From NCBI RefSeq assembly GCF_963921235.1, contig NC_086097.1, forward strand, positions 18,044,001 through 18,108,000: a DNA stretch of 64,000 nucleotides, written 5' to 3'. Position numbers and translations under genes: made by a program. This document shows, in pieces, positions 50,811 to 62,449 of the stretch. Origin of the DNA: Mobula hypostoma (Eukaryota). Every line of letters begins with the position of its first letter. The first letter of the stretch is position 1. The notes beneath the pieces are model-generated. The model made no database searches. It was not told where the DNA came from and saw nothing but the letters and a program-made list of their open reading frames with translations.

Positions 50811-53096
50811 AATTTTAGATCCTCAGCATAATTACTTAACTGACGGGCAAGAACAAAACCAGATGGTTTGCTAGACAAGATTGGTAATGGGAGATTTTGT
50901 GTGCAGAATATATTTTCCAGTTGTCTTCTAGATATGCTTAGCTATGTACTTTACACTGTGTTAGTAACAATCTGAACATTGTAAGTATGCTACCTTGTCA
51001 AACACAGGAGGACTTAACTATCTAAAGTTGAATTTACTCTTTTCCTCTTTTTTGGGGAAAATATAACTGAATTACAAAATGCTTCTAAACCATGTGGGGT
51101 CTGAATTGAATAGCCCCTTAAAACAGTTGCAGTGATCCACATTACGTTGGAATTCTGGAAGTGTACCATACACGGATGCTGGACTACTTGGTTAACTTTT
51201 GCACCCATTCAATTCTCACAGTGCTGTTAGTTGGCTGAGTGCTTAAGTAAAGGATCAACACTTAGTGGTAATAAAGTTTAAATTAGCCAAATCTGCTGTA
51301 ACTAAAATTAAAAAAAAATATTATGCTTTGTAGCTTCAAAACATTAAACTAAGTCAAAGGAAGACACAGGAGTCTGAAATGTGAGTCTCACTTTGGGTTT
51401 ACTTTAAGCGAGGCGTGTACGTGTCACATGGTAGTGGGATGATGTTTGCAGTTCACGTATTTATACATGTAACCCGTAATGAATTATTTAAACAAACAAG
51501 AATGCTTAATCAACCAATATGTATACAAGATTACACACATGTTACTGAAATATCAAATACACAACACTCTTTCCTGCTTAGCTAAAAACTCCAACTGAAT
51601 AGACAATGCATCAACTATGTACAGAGTATATTATATAATACAACTACTATATACAGACATTTACAGCATAGTAAATTTTAATTGTCTCATTCAGTCCTAA
51701 TGATTTAATTGCTGTGGAGGATTTTGTACTTTTGTGGGATAATATTTTTCCTGATGGGATGGGGGGGAATCACTCTGCCTGGCGGGTGAAAATTGCGGCT
51801 GTGAAAACAATCTCAGGTTCTGGATCCTCCTCCGTGGAGGTTGCAGGAGTTGACTCTGAGACTGCAGAAAGAGGTCTGACAGCAGTAGTGACCTTTCATC
51901 TTCTTCCTATTTTTCTAGTTTGTGCATCTTGATTTTGGGAAGGTGCATTTAGTTCACTGGAATATTCTCTTATAAATCCTTCTTTTGTTCCCTTTACAAT
52001 CTGATCATTCTTCTTGGTTTCCTCGTTCACAACATCATCTGACAAAACCTCTGTTTTCATATCTCCATTGACTCCTTTCTTTTTAGTCTTCCATTCATCC
52101 AGCTGGGCTTGGTCTTTGCATCTACTTTTACAAGCAGCTTTTTGTCTCCCACTTGAAGTTCATGCAATAACCTTAATGCATACAAAATATATTCTGGTTC
52201 TTTATATTCAGAAATGCTTGTAACTTTCCTGAAGCTCCTTGAACTCTCTTACAGCTTAAAGCTAAGCCCCATTTCGCAAGTAACTGCCTGATTAATGTAC
52301 CAGAGGCTTTCTCAGATTGGTTACCTACAAAAACTGTTGCGGTTGGATCACTGCATTTGTCACTTTCATATTTCCTCTGAGAAGCATGGTCCTTCCTTGG
52401 TCCAATATGCTTTCCAACCAGAGGCACAGAGGTTAGCACCAACATCTGTTTGTCCTCTGTTGGGCAATGGTTCATGGTGAACAGCATGGAGACAGTTACG
52501 ACGTCATCCAATACCTTTCCTAATTCACTTTCAGTTGAATTTATTGTAGGGGATGTGGCATGCAAATGGTGGATGGATCTCTAATGAAGTGATAGTTGTC
52601 TCAGCCAGTCATGCCCCCTCAATGCTAATCCTTCTCTTTTTACCACAAACAAGCTTATTGTGGCTTGTGGGTTGTTGTATTTCACTGTTAGGAACGTCAT
52701 CCCCACAGAAGTTATCTCTTCTCCAGTATAATTTCTCAGTTGGATATCTGCAACTTTCAGTTCAGTATCTTTGAAATGCTGTTAAAACTTATTTTGTGGT
52801 ATGGCTGAAACAGCTGAACTAGGTCCAATGCCATTTTAATTAATTTTCCATTCACTTATGCTATAAACCATATTGATTGTTCATTGTTAGCTTTCAAATT
52901 GTAAATCTCAAGGCTGTACAGCCCTGTGTCACTTTCGTTATCAGATTTTTCCTCAACAGAATGCAGATTGGTGCTCTTTTTGAAACTGTCCCTTAATTGT
53001 TTAGCTTTTCTGTCCTCCCTGTGCAATCCATTTATTTTTCTCTGCCTGAAATGCTCTTTGTATCTCTTATTTTGTTGCATTTTCTGTAAGCTTTGC

Positions 53097-54750
53097 CCTG
53101 GCTTCAGAGCTGTGTGTCAGACATGGCTATAAGCAGCACCGGGGCCTCACAGAGGACTGTACTGGCTCCCTTCCTATTTACCCTGGGCATGCAGGTACAG
53201 CAGGCGGTGAAAAAGGCGAATGGTATGCTGGCATTCATAGCAAGAGGATTCGAGTACAGGAGCAGGGAGGTACTACTGCAGTTGTACAAGGCCTTGATGA
53301 GACCACACCTGGAGTATTGTGTGCAGTTTTGGCCCCCTAATCTGAAGAAAGACATTCTTGCCATAGAGGGAGTACAAAGAAGGTTCACCAGTTTGATTCC
53401 TGGGATGGCAGGACTTCCATATAATGAAAGACTAGATCGACTAGGCTTATACTCGTTGGAATTTAGAAGATTGAGGGGGGATCTTATTGAAACGTATAAA
53501 ATCCTAAAGGGATTGGACAGGCTAGATGCAGGAAGATTGTTCCTGATGTTGGGGAAGTCCAGAATGAGGGGTCACAGTTTGAGGATAAAGGGGAAGCCTT
53601 TTAGGACCGCGATTAGGAAAAACTTCTTCACACAGAGAGCGGTGAATCTGTGGAATTCTCTGCCACAGGAAATAGTTGAGGCCAGTTCATTGGCTATATT
53701 TAAGAGGGAGTTAGATATGGCTCTTGTGGCTAAAGGGATCAGGGGGTATGGAGGGAAGGCTGGTACAGGGTTCTGAGTTGGATGATCAGCCATGATCATA
53801 CTGAATGGCGATGCAGGCTCGAAGGACCGAATAGCCTACTCCTGCACCTATTTTCTATGTTTCTATGTTTCTATGTTACCTCAAACTTTAGATACAACAT
53901 TGAGTCACGTCATCTGCAGAAATTCGCTGATGACTCAGCAATAGTTGGGTGTACAATGAGAGGACGGGAGGATGAATACAGGACCCTGGTGGAGGACTTT
54001 GTGAAATGGTGCAAGCTGAATTATCTGCAGATCAACAGCAGTAAGACAAAGGAGATGGTGATGGACTTTAGGAAGACTAAGCCTGCACTGCTCCCTGTTA
54101 CTACTGATGGTGAGGAAGTAGATGTGGTGAGGACCTACAAGTACCCTGGGGGTGCATCTGGATGACAGACTTGAGTAGGCACCAACACAGAGGCTATGTA
54201 CAAGAAGGGCCAGAGTCACCTCTACTTCCTGAGGAGACTGAGGTCCTTTGGAGTATGCAGGCCTCTCCTTCACATGTTCTACCAGTCTGTCGCCAGTACC
54301 ATCTTCTATACAGTGGTGTGCTGGGGAAATGGCATCAATGCAGCTGATGCCAACAGCCTCAATAAACTGATTAGAAAGGCTAGCCCTGTTAAAGGAGTCA
54401 AACTAGACACATTGGAGGCTGTGGTAGAACAAAGGACCCTACGGAAAATCCTGGCAATTCTGGATAATGTTTCTCACCCTCTACATGCCACCTTGTCACT
54501 TTTAGTAATAGACTAAGACAACCGTGCTGCTCCAAATAGCGCTATATGAGGTCATTCTTACCCTTGACCATTAGGCTCTATAATGAATCAACCTATAGTC
54601 GGGGAATTGAAGACCCCATGCTGTAGGATTGTTTGAGATAATTTAGTTTTTATTCTTTCTTACTTCTCTTCTAATATTTGTACATCTGTGTGCTTGTAAT
54701 GTTACTGTGACACTGTAGTTTCCTTTGGGATCAATAAAGGATCTGTCTAA
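53097..54750 (+). mobile_element. Rex-Babar LINE split by CR1
   Basis: SSTGASQRTVLAPFLFT continues after the insert as TSNFRYN..QKFADDSAIVG and LYFLRRLRSFG. Confidence 0.87.
53184..53875 (+). mobile_element. Young CR1 3' fragment
   Basis: Uninterrupted ~197-codon CR1 ORF2 C-terminus; (tttctatg)n tail. Confidence 0.92.
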
Positions 54751-54881
54751 ATAAGAACTGCATTGGTCTGGTATATGTGAGGCCCTGCCACAATGGTAAC
54801 ACAATTTGTTTGGACAGGCAGACCGCCATCTAAATGCTACAATTTTATTCAAGCTCACTTTCATTCCTGACTGCAGCTCTC

Positions 54882-55964
54882 TGTCATGGTCCGGTCCGTG
54901 AAGTCCGCATTCCGGTTCGCGGTCCGGTCCATCGACCCTTGCTCCAGGTTTTCCTGTCTACCCTGTTTCTGTTCCTGTTTAGCACTAGTTGAGGCAGCTG
55001 ATTCTCGTTGGGGCTGGCTGCATAAATACCTCCAGAGACCAGGGCGTGGGTGCTGGATTGTTCTTGTCCTTACTCCTTCTATCCCTTCCCCTGCCTTCTG
55101 TTTCCTCACCTGAAGCCTTGCCTTGTCTTGCCGGTAACTCTCGCCTTGCCTGAAGTTCTTGTCTCGCCTTGCATTGCCTGAAGCCTTGCCTTGTCTTGCC
55201 GGTAACTCTTGCCTCGTCTTGCCTGAAGCCCTGTCTTGGAGCCACCCTGGACCTAGCTCCCTTCCTGTCCCTTGCCTCTGTCGGGTAAGCCAGACCAGAT
55301 TGCCGTTACCCTGCAGTGGGTCCTGTCCCTTGCTGTCTCTTGCCTCCGTCGGGTGGTGATCCGCGCCCTGCCCAGGAGTACCGCGCCCTGCCCAGGAAGA
55401 GCTACAAGACCCCAAGTCCCTAGCCGAGCCTTGCCCCAAGCCAAGCTTCAAGACCCCAAGCCTCAAGCCTCTGGTCGCAAGCCTCACCTCAAGCCTTTGG
55501 TCACAAACCTTATCTCAAGCCCCTGGTCGCAAGCCTCACCTCAAGCCCCTAGTCGCAAGCCTCACCTCAAGCCTTTGGTCACAAACCTTATCTCAAGCCT
55601 CTGGTCGCAAGCCTCACCTCAAGCCCCTGGTTGCAAGCCTCTGGCCTCCAGCCTTGCCTCATGTCTCTGGCCTCAAGCCTTGCCTCCAGTCTGAAGACTC
55701 CTGCCTTGTCCTGCCTGCCAGCCAAGTCACGTCCTTGCCTAGTTCTGGGGTCTGAGCCATAGGCAAGACCCAGGTTCTGGGTCTTTGTCCAGTCTCTGGC
55801 TCGGAGTCCAAGCCCTGGCTCCTAACTCTCTTGTCCAGTCTTGTTCTGGGTTCCCGGTTTTCGTGTCCATGTTCTAGCCATCACCCTGTATCCTAGTTCT
55901 GTCCCTAGTACTTCAGTGTCTGTGTCTTGCACTTGGGTTCGTTCCCAGCCACCCCCTTATGACA
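54882..55964 (+). mobile_element. Solo LTR, 1083 bp, with internal tandem repeats
   Basis: TGTCAT...ATGACA termini; ctctc TSD at 54877-54881 and 55965-55969; TATA-like cataaata at 55021. Confidence 0.88.
55473..55630 (+). repeat. 26-bp tandem repeat, ~6 copies, organised as two 78-bp higher-order units
   Basis: Unit ggtcgcaagcctcacctcaagccyyt; the variant ggtcacaaaccttatctcaagcc recurs after 78 bp. Confidence 0.85.
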
Positions 55965-56645
55965 CTCTCAACTGCATCTCTGTTTGCGGTCTCCATTGAA
56001 ACAACGATTTCAACTGCTCTTTTAAATGTGAGCTCTGCTTCAGTTAGGAGCCATTTTTGAATCCTTTCTTATAAGATTCAACAAACGAAATGATCTCTCA
56101 GTGTGTGATTACTGAATTGACAATGTCAGACAATCTTTTCAATTCAGCTGTGTACACTGAAATGGACTCCCCTTCTTTTTGATTCCACTTATGAAACTTA
56201 AAGCATTCTGCAATCAACAATGGCTTCAGTTCTGCATGTTACTGCATTACTGTCACAATATCAGCTTGTATCATTGGAGCAGTCAAACTTCAAAACAAAC
56301 TGTATGACTTTAAACCCAATGCACTCAGCAAAATTGGTACTCGTTTCTCACTGGCTATTTCATTTGCTTCAAAATGCAGTTGAATTAGCTCAGTACACAT
56401 GAGCCAGTTACCCATTGAGCAATCAAATGTCAATATTTCTGATATAGTCAGACACTTCTGATTTATTTTATGATTATTATCACTTATTCTTTATGAACCC
56501 ATAAATTCTTCTGTTTACTGATTTTTTAAAACCTGACTGTCTCTGCAAGTGCTAGGCTGATGACATATGCTAGTTACATATTTATACATATAACCTATAA
56601 TGAATTATTGAAATGAACAAGAATACTTAACTAAACTATATATAT

Positions 56646-56647
<2 letters not shown>

Positions 56648-56686
<39 letters not shown>
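56648..56686. repeat. (CA)n microsatellite
   Basis: About 19 perfect AC units. Confidence 0.97.
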
Positions 56687-56691
<5 letters not shown>

Positions 56692-56852
56692 CCGGAAGCA
56701 CTCAGAGACTCAGACAACATCTGTGGACAAGGGAACAGAAATTCATGTTTCAGCACAGAGAAAGAAAGTTAAAAAAGATACTTTTGGGGGAATATCTGGC
56801 AGGATGAAGCTCGGGTTGATGTAGCCATGGACTGTTAATGGGGCCATTAGAG

Positions 56853-57373
56853 TAGGGTTGCCAACTTTCTCACTCCCAAATAAGGGACAAAAGTAACAGT
56901 CAAATATGGGACACTTGTGTTTACCCCAAGAAAGACTACAATGACCCTGAAGCCTTGTGTGCGCATACGTGATGTACGCATGCGTGTACGTGCTGATTTT
57001 TTTCTACAAATCGATTTTGGCTTAACCTTCCCGATTCTGATACACTGTACATACATTATTTCTACTTTATATAGGCTGTGTATTTATCATATGATTCCTG
57101 CTTTTACTATATGTTAGTGTTATTTTAGGTTTTATGTGTTATTGGTATGATTTGGTAGGTTTTTTTTGGGTCTGGGAACGCTCAAAAAGTTTTCCCATAT
57201 AAATTAATCGTAATTGCTTCTGCGCTTTACGCCATTTCGGCTTACGAACGGTTTCATAGGAATGCTCTACTTTAGGGGGGGAAATACGGGACAAGGGTGG
57301 TCCTGTACGGGACAAACCAATTGAGGCCAATATACGGGATGTCCTGGCTAATCCGGGACAGTTGGCAATCCTA
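56853..57373. mobile_element. hAT (Blackjack-like) MITE
   Basis: TIRs tagggttgccaact / agttggcaatccta; 8-bp TSD cattagag (56845-56852) and catcagag (57374-57381); subterminal gggac repeats. Confidence 0.88.
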
Positions 57374-58299
57374 CATCAGAGGGTAATAAAGAAGTGTGAT
57401 GTGTTGCCAATAGTAGGTCTGGGGGGACAAATGGAGAGGAAAGATAAACTGAGTCAATATCACAGATGAATAATTGGGTGCAAAAATGGCTAAAGCTGAT
57501 ACAGACAAGAACAATGAGTTATCGGATGTTGGAAAATTCAATACAGAGTCCCAAAAGCTGAAACATACTGTGAAAAGCATTGTTTTGCATCAACAACCAA
57601 GACAGTTCGAAAATTTACTGGAGGTGGCATGCAGGAAAATGAAGAGCTCTTCTTCAAGTTTGGATTGAGCCTCCTTTTTATAGCGTACCAGTCCACTGAC
57701 AGACACACTGTAGAATCATTGGCCATAGAGCACTACAGTACTGAAACAGACCATTCTGCCCTTCTAGACACTGCTGAACCATTACCTAGATGATGCAACT
57801 GGACCATAGCCTTCTATGAACCTGTCATCCATATACTTATCCAAATTCTCTTAAATGTTGAAACAGAACCTGCAGCCACCAATTGTGCTGGCAGTTTGTT
57901 CCATACTCCCGCTACCCTCTGAGTGAACACAGGTGCTCACCTGCAGACTGAACACAGGTACTCCACAAAGTGTTTATCAAATCTACAGTTGGTTTCTCCA
58001 ATGTACAGGTGACCACATTGTGAACAGCATGTGCTGTAGACTAGACTGTGCAATAAATTGTGGCTGTACTTGAAAAGATTATCGGTGTCCCTGCATAGTG
58101 ATAAGGCAGGTGCTGTATCTGCTTTATTGTCTGGGAAAGTTTACAGGGAAATGAATGTCCTGGCGAAAGATCACGGCCCAAAACATCGACTGCTTATTCA
58201 CTTCTGTGGATGCTGCCTGACCTGCTTGGTTCCTCCAGCACTTCGACTGCGTGTCTCTGCATTTGCAGAATCAGCAGGATCTCTTGTGTATAGGGGGTA

Positions 58300-58611
58300 C
58301 GTGGCCAAGTGGATAAGGCATTGGACTAGCGACCTGAAGGTCGTGAGTTTGAGCCCCAGCTGAGGGAACGTGTTGAATCCTTGAGCAAGGCACTTAATCA
58401 CACATTGCTCTGCGACGACACTGGTGCCAAGCTGTATGGGTCCTAATGCCCTTCCCTTGGACAACATCGATGTCATGGCGAGGGGAGACTTGCAGCATGG
58501 GCAACTTCTGGTCTTCCATACAACCTTGACCAGGCCTGCTCCCTGGAGAGTGAAGACTTTCCAGGTGCAGATCCATGGTCTCGCAAGACTAACAGATGCC
58601 TTTACTTACGT
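58300..58611 (+). mobile_element. tRNA-headed CORE-type SINE with an alternative 3' tail
   Basis: gtggccaagtgg A box, ccttgagcaaggcacttaa core; tagggggta repeated at 58291-58299 and 58612-58620. Confidence 0.85.
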
Positions 58612-58914
58612 TAGGGGGTAATTGTATGGGGAGTAGTTGGTTAGAAGAGCAGACCAGAGAACTATGATGGGTGTGCTCCAATTTGAATGCTGGAAGAGGA
58701 AGGAAAGAGGAGAACTACGATATCTAATGATGGAATCTCGTTGGAGTTGGCAGAGTCAAGATGACAGGGCAAGGAACAAGCCGATTTAAGCGCTGGGTGG
58801 TGGTAAGACTGGAGAATGAAAATTTGTCCGAGTGGTGTTATAACAACAACCTGTCACTCAATGTTAGCAAGATCAATGCACTGATTGTAGACCTCAGGAG
58901 AGGGAAATCAGAGG

Positions 58915-59665
58915 TCCGTCCTGAAATTCTTGTTCTTCGCAGACATCCACAAAAACAGAAGAGTGCCCCGAAGAGTGAGTGACGGTAAAAACGTTGGAAC
59001 CCCAAAGCCCTCCTACTCCCCCACCCACACACAAGCAGTAGCAAAGCAATGACCCTCCCCCACCCACACTTCCTTCAGCAAAAAAAGCAACAAAACCCGC
59101 CACCCACCAAAGATGCAATAGCAAGACCCGAAGATAGACCATGATCTGCAGTACAACAAAAGCAAATCATTCACCCAACAAATTCAACATGCTACAGGCT
59201 CTCTCTCCTCCTAATAAAGGGAAAGAGGGGTGTCCCCTTTCACAGCAAGAAGGGAGACAAACACAACAACTCTCTGATTTATGGTGATAAAGTCTGCCAC
59301 ATCGCTCTCTCCTGGAGATCTTCAATGTGAGAATCGGCAACAAACTCTCCTCCACCACTAAGAAAGAGAGTGCATAATCATCGAGTACAGAGCCTCCGAC
59401 AGCTGATTCGCTGTTCCCAATGTTCCATTTTCTTTCACGGTGCTTCAGTCACGGCATGGAATAAGCTCATCCATGGGGTCGTGAAGCCTTAGAACCCCGA
59501 AGGTGCATTTGTCTTCTACGCCGCGTTCTAGGGATTTTGAGAAGCACCCGGTTGTAAGCCCCCACCGGATTCCACCACAGCAAAGAACTAGAGTCTAATT
59601 ATAACTCCAGGACAGGGTCTCTGACAGATCCCCATGCACCCTGAAATGGAAAAAAGGTAGATATT
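58915..59665 (-). mobile_element. Non-coding LINE-derived element
   Basis: 3' end reverse complement ..gcgaagaacaagaatttcagg resembles Rex-type tails seen elsewhere in the window; no coding homology. Confidence 0.45.
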
Positions 59666-59667
59666 AA

Positions 59668-60420
59668 AGCAGCCCACACAAGACGCTGGAGGAACTCTGC
59701 AGGCCAGGCAGCATCTATGGAAAAGAGTAAACAGTCGATGTTTCGAGCCGAGACCTTTCACTGGAGAAAAAAGATGAGAAGTCAAAGTAAGAAGGTAGGT
59801 GGGGGTGGGGAGGAAGAAATAAAAGGTAGTAGGTGATAGGTGAAACTGGGAGAGGGGGAGTGGTGAAGAAAAGAGCTGGGAAGTTGAGTGGTGAAAGAGA
59901 TAAAGGGCTGGAGAAGGGGGAATCTGATAGGAGAGGACAGTAGGCTATGGAAGAAAGGGAAGGGGGAGGAATACCAGGGGGAGGTGATGAGCAGGTAAGG
60001 TGATAAGGTGAGAAAGGGAAATGTGAATGGGGAATGATGAAGAGGCAGGGGAGGTTGGCCATTACCGGAAGTTTGTGATGTTCGTGCCATCAGGTTGGAG
60101 GCTACCCAGATAGAATACAAGGTTTTGCTTCTCCAACCTGAGTGTGGCCCCATCGCGACAGTAGAGGAGGCCATGGACTGACATGTTTGAATGGGAATGA
60201 GAAGTGGAATTAAAATGGGTGGCCACTGGGAAATCCTGCTTTTTCTTGCAGACAGAATGCAGGTACTCGGCAAAGTAGTCTCCCAATCTATGTTGGGTCT
60301 CACCAAAATACAGGAGGCCACACTGGGAGCACCATACACAGTAGATGAGCCCAAAGGACTCACAGATGAAGTGTTGACACACCTGGAAGGTCTGTTTGGG
60401 GCATTGAATGGTAGTGAGGC
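59668..60420 (-). mobile_element. Penelope-like element 3' end with GIY-YIG endonuclease remnant
   Basis: ORF 60062-60382: GLIYCVWCSQCGLLYFGETQHRLGDYFAEY..PVATHFN..LRLEKQNLVFYLGSLQPDG; followed by a terminal repeat with a truncated hammerhead near 59733-59763. Confidence 0.9.
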
Positions 60421-60431
60421 AGGATTATGTT

Positions 60432-61860
60432 GGTCCATGACCTTTACTGCCATTTAATACCATCGTTCCCACAATCCTGATTGGGAAGTTGCAGAACCTG
60501 GGCCTTTGTACCTCCTTCTGCAATTGGATCCTCGATTTCCTAAATGGAAGACCACAGTCTGTGCGGATTGGTGATAACATATCCCTCTTGCTGACGATCA
60601 ACATTGGCGCACCTCAGGGGTGTGTGCTTAGCCCACTGCTCTACTCTCTATATACACATGACTGCATAGCTAGGCATTGCTCAAATGCCATCTATAAATT
60701 TCCTAACAATACAACTATTGTTGGTAGAATCTCAGGTGGTGATGAGAAGGTGTACAGTAGTGAGATATACCAACTAGTGGAATGGTGCCATAGCAACAAC
60801 CTGGCACTCAACGTCAGTAAGACGAAAGAACTGATTGTGAACTTCAGGAAGGGTAAGATAAAGGAACACATACCAATCCTCATAGAGGGATCAGAAGTGG
60901 AGAGAGTGAGCAGCTTCAAGTTCCTGGGTGTCAAGATCTCTGAGGATCTAACCTGGTCCCAACATATTGATGTAATTATAAAGAAGGCAAGACAGCAGCT
61001 ATACTTTATTAGGAGCTCGAAGAGATTCGGCATGTCAACAAATACACTCAAAAACTTCTATAAATGTACTGTGGAGAATATTCTGACAGGCTGCATCACT
61101 GTCTGGTATGGAGGGGCTACTGCACAGGACCAAAAGAAACTGCAGAAGGTTGTAAATCTAGTCAAATCCATCTTGGGTACTAGCCTACAAAGTACCCAGG
61201 ACATCTTTAGGGGGCGGTGTCTCAGAAAGGCAGTGTCCATTATTAAGGACCTCCAGCACCCAGGGCATGCCCTTTTCTCACTGTTACCATCAGGCAGGAG
61301 GTACAGAAGCCTGAAGGCACACACTCAGCGATTCAGGAACAGCTTCTACCCCTCTGCCATCTGATTCCTAAATGGACATTGAATCTTTGGACACCACCTC
61401 ACTTTTGTGTTGGGCACGTGGCCAAGTGGTTAAGGCGTTCGTCTTGTGATCTGCAGGTTGCAAGTTCGAACCTCAGCTGTGGCAACGTGTTTGTGTCCTT
61501 GAGCAAGGCACTTAACCACACATTGCTCTAGTGTCTGTGCAAGGAGTGCCGTCCACGCAGACTTCCAATCTGCGCCTTGTAAGGCATGAAAACGCCAGAC
61601 GCAGGCCTCTCATGGTCTGAGTCGACGTTCCCTCCCTCCCTCACTTTTTAAAAAATTATACAGTATTTCTGTTTTCGCATGCTTTTTTGATCTATTCAAT
61701 ATACGTTATTGATTTACTTGTTTATTTATTATTATTTATTTCATTTATTATTACCATTTTTTTTCTCTCTGCTAGATTTTGTATTGGATTGAACTGCTGC
61801 TGCTAAGTTAACAAATTTCACGTCACATACCAGTGATAATAAACCTGATTCTGATTCTGA
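60432..61860 (+). mobile_element. Rex-Babar LINE, 5'-truncated
   Basis: 291-aa ORF with [20 protein letters not shown]; catalytic FADD mutated to FPNN; (ttctga)n tail. Confidence 0.92.
61407..61638 (+). mobile_element. tRNA-headed CORE-type SINE, full length
   Basis: A box tggccaagtgg, B box gttcgaacc, core gtgtccttgagcaaggcacttaacc, (ccct)n tail; TSD cctcactttt at 61397-61406 and 61639-61648. Confidence 0.9.
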
Positions 61861-62325
61861 ACCTGATAGCATGAACATTGATTTCTCAAACTTCCAGTAA
61901 TGGCCTCCCCTTCACCATTCCCCATTCCCATTTCCCTTTCTCACCTTATCATCTTACTTGCCCATCAGTTCCCTCTGGTGCTCCTCCCCCCTTCCCTTTC
62001 TTCCATGGCCTTCTGTCCTCTCCTATCAAATTCACCCTTCTCCAGACTTTTATCTCTTTCACCAATTGACTTTCCAGCTCTTTAATTCACCACTCCCCTG
62101 CTCCCAGTTTCACCTATCGCCTACCATCTTATATTTCTTCCTCCCCTCTCCCCACCTTCTCACTCTGACTTCATCTTTTTTCTCCAGTCCTGATGAAGTG
62201 TCTCAGCCCCAAATGTCAACTGTTTACTATTCTCCATTGTCGCTGCCAGGCCTGCTGAATTCCTCCAGCAGTTTCTGTGTGCTGCTCAAATTTCCAGTGT
62301 CTGCAGATTTTCTTTTGTTTGTGCA
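61861..62325 (+). mobile_element. PLE ORF end and terminal repeat with decayed hammerhead (62186-62221)
   Basis: PDSMNIDFSNFQ* followed by a pyrimidine-rich repeat; inverse of 59668-60095. Confidence 0.82.
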
Positions 62326-62449
62326 ATGTAGAAATTAAGCTGTTTCTGCCAATGAGCTCGAAGGGATTGCTGTTAAGTGCCATTGTAGACTCTTTATCTT
62401 GTTATTTCATGTCCTCCTTATTTATTGCTATTTATTTATATTTGCACTT

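Larger units (their letters stand above)
51305..56650 (-). mobile_element. Second decayed Gypsy provirus of the same family, internally deleted
   Basis: 3' LTR begins TGTTGTG on the minus strand at 51566 after polypurine tract aagcaggaaagag; gag knuckle CYHCGRASHIPDQC; STESELGKVLDD matches the 26142 ORF; partial 5' LTR near 56560-56650. Confidence 0.82.

Noticed and set aside
53093..53776. 227-aa ORF as a host gene or novel fusion RT
   Set aside because: Chance in-frame join of a Rex-Babar RT fragment and an inserted CR1 C-terminus.
55473..55630. Regularly spaced repeats as a CRISPR array
   Set aside because: No unique spacers, eukaryotic context and no cas genes; it is a tandem repeat.
54861..55694. 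Overlapping Arg/Gln/Pro-rich ORFs (208 and 140 aa)
   Set aside because: They arise from stop-poor tandem repeats in a solo LTR.
20370..56650. Inverted segmental duplication (Gypsy plus CR1 at 20-27 kb vs 51-57 kb)
   Set aside because: The CR1 insertion points differ and the Gypsy copies are far more diverged than the CR1 copies; independent insertions fit better.
61412..61490. tRNA gene (also at ~58295 and ~660-729)
   Set aside because: A and B boxes continue into a CORE domain and tail with TSDs; these are SINE heads.
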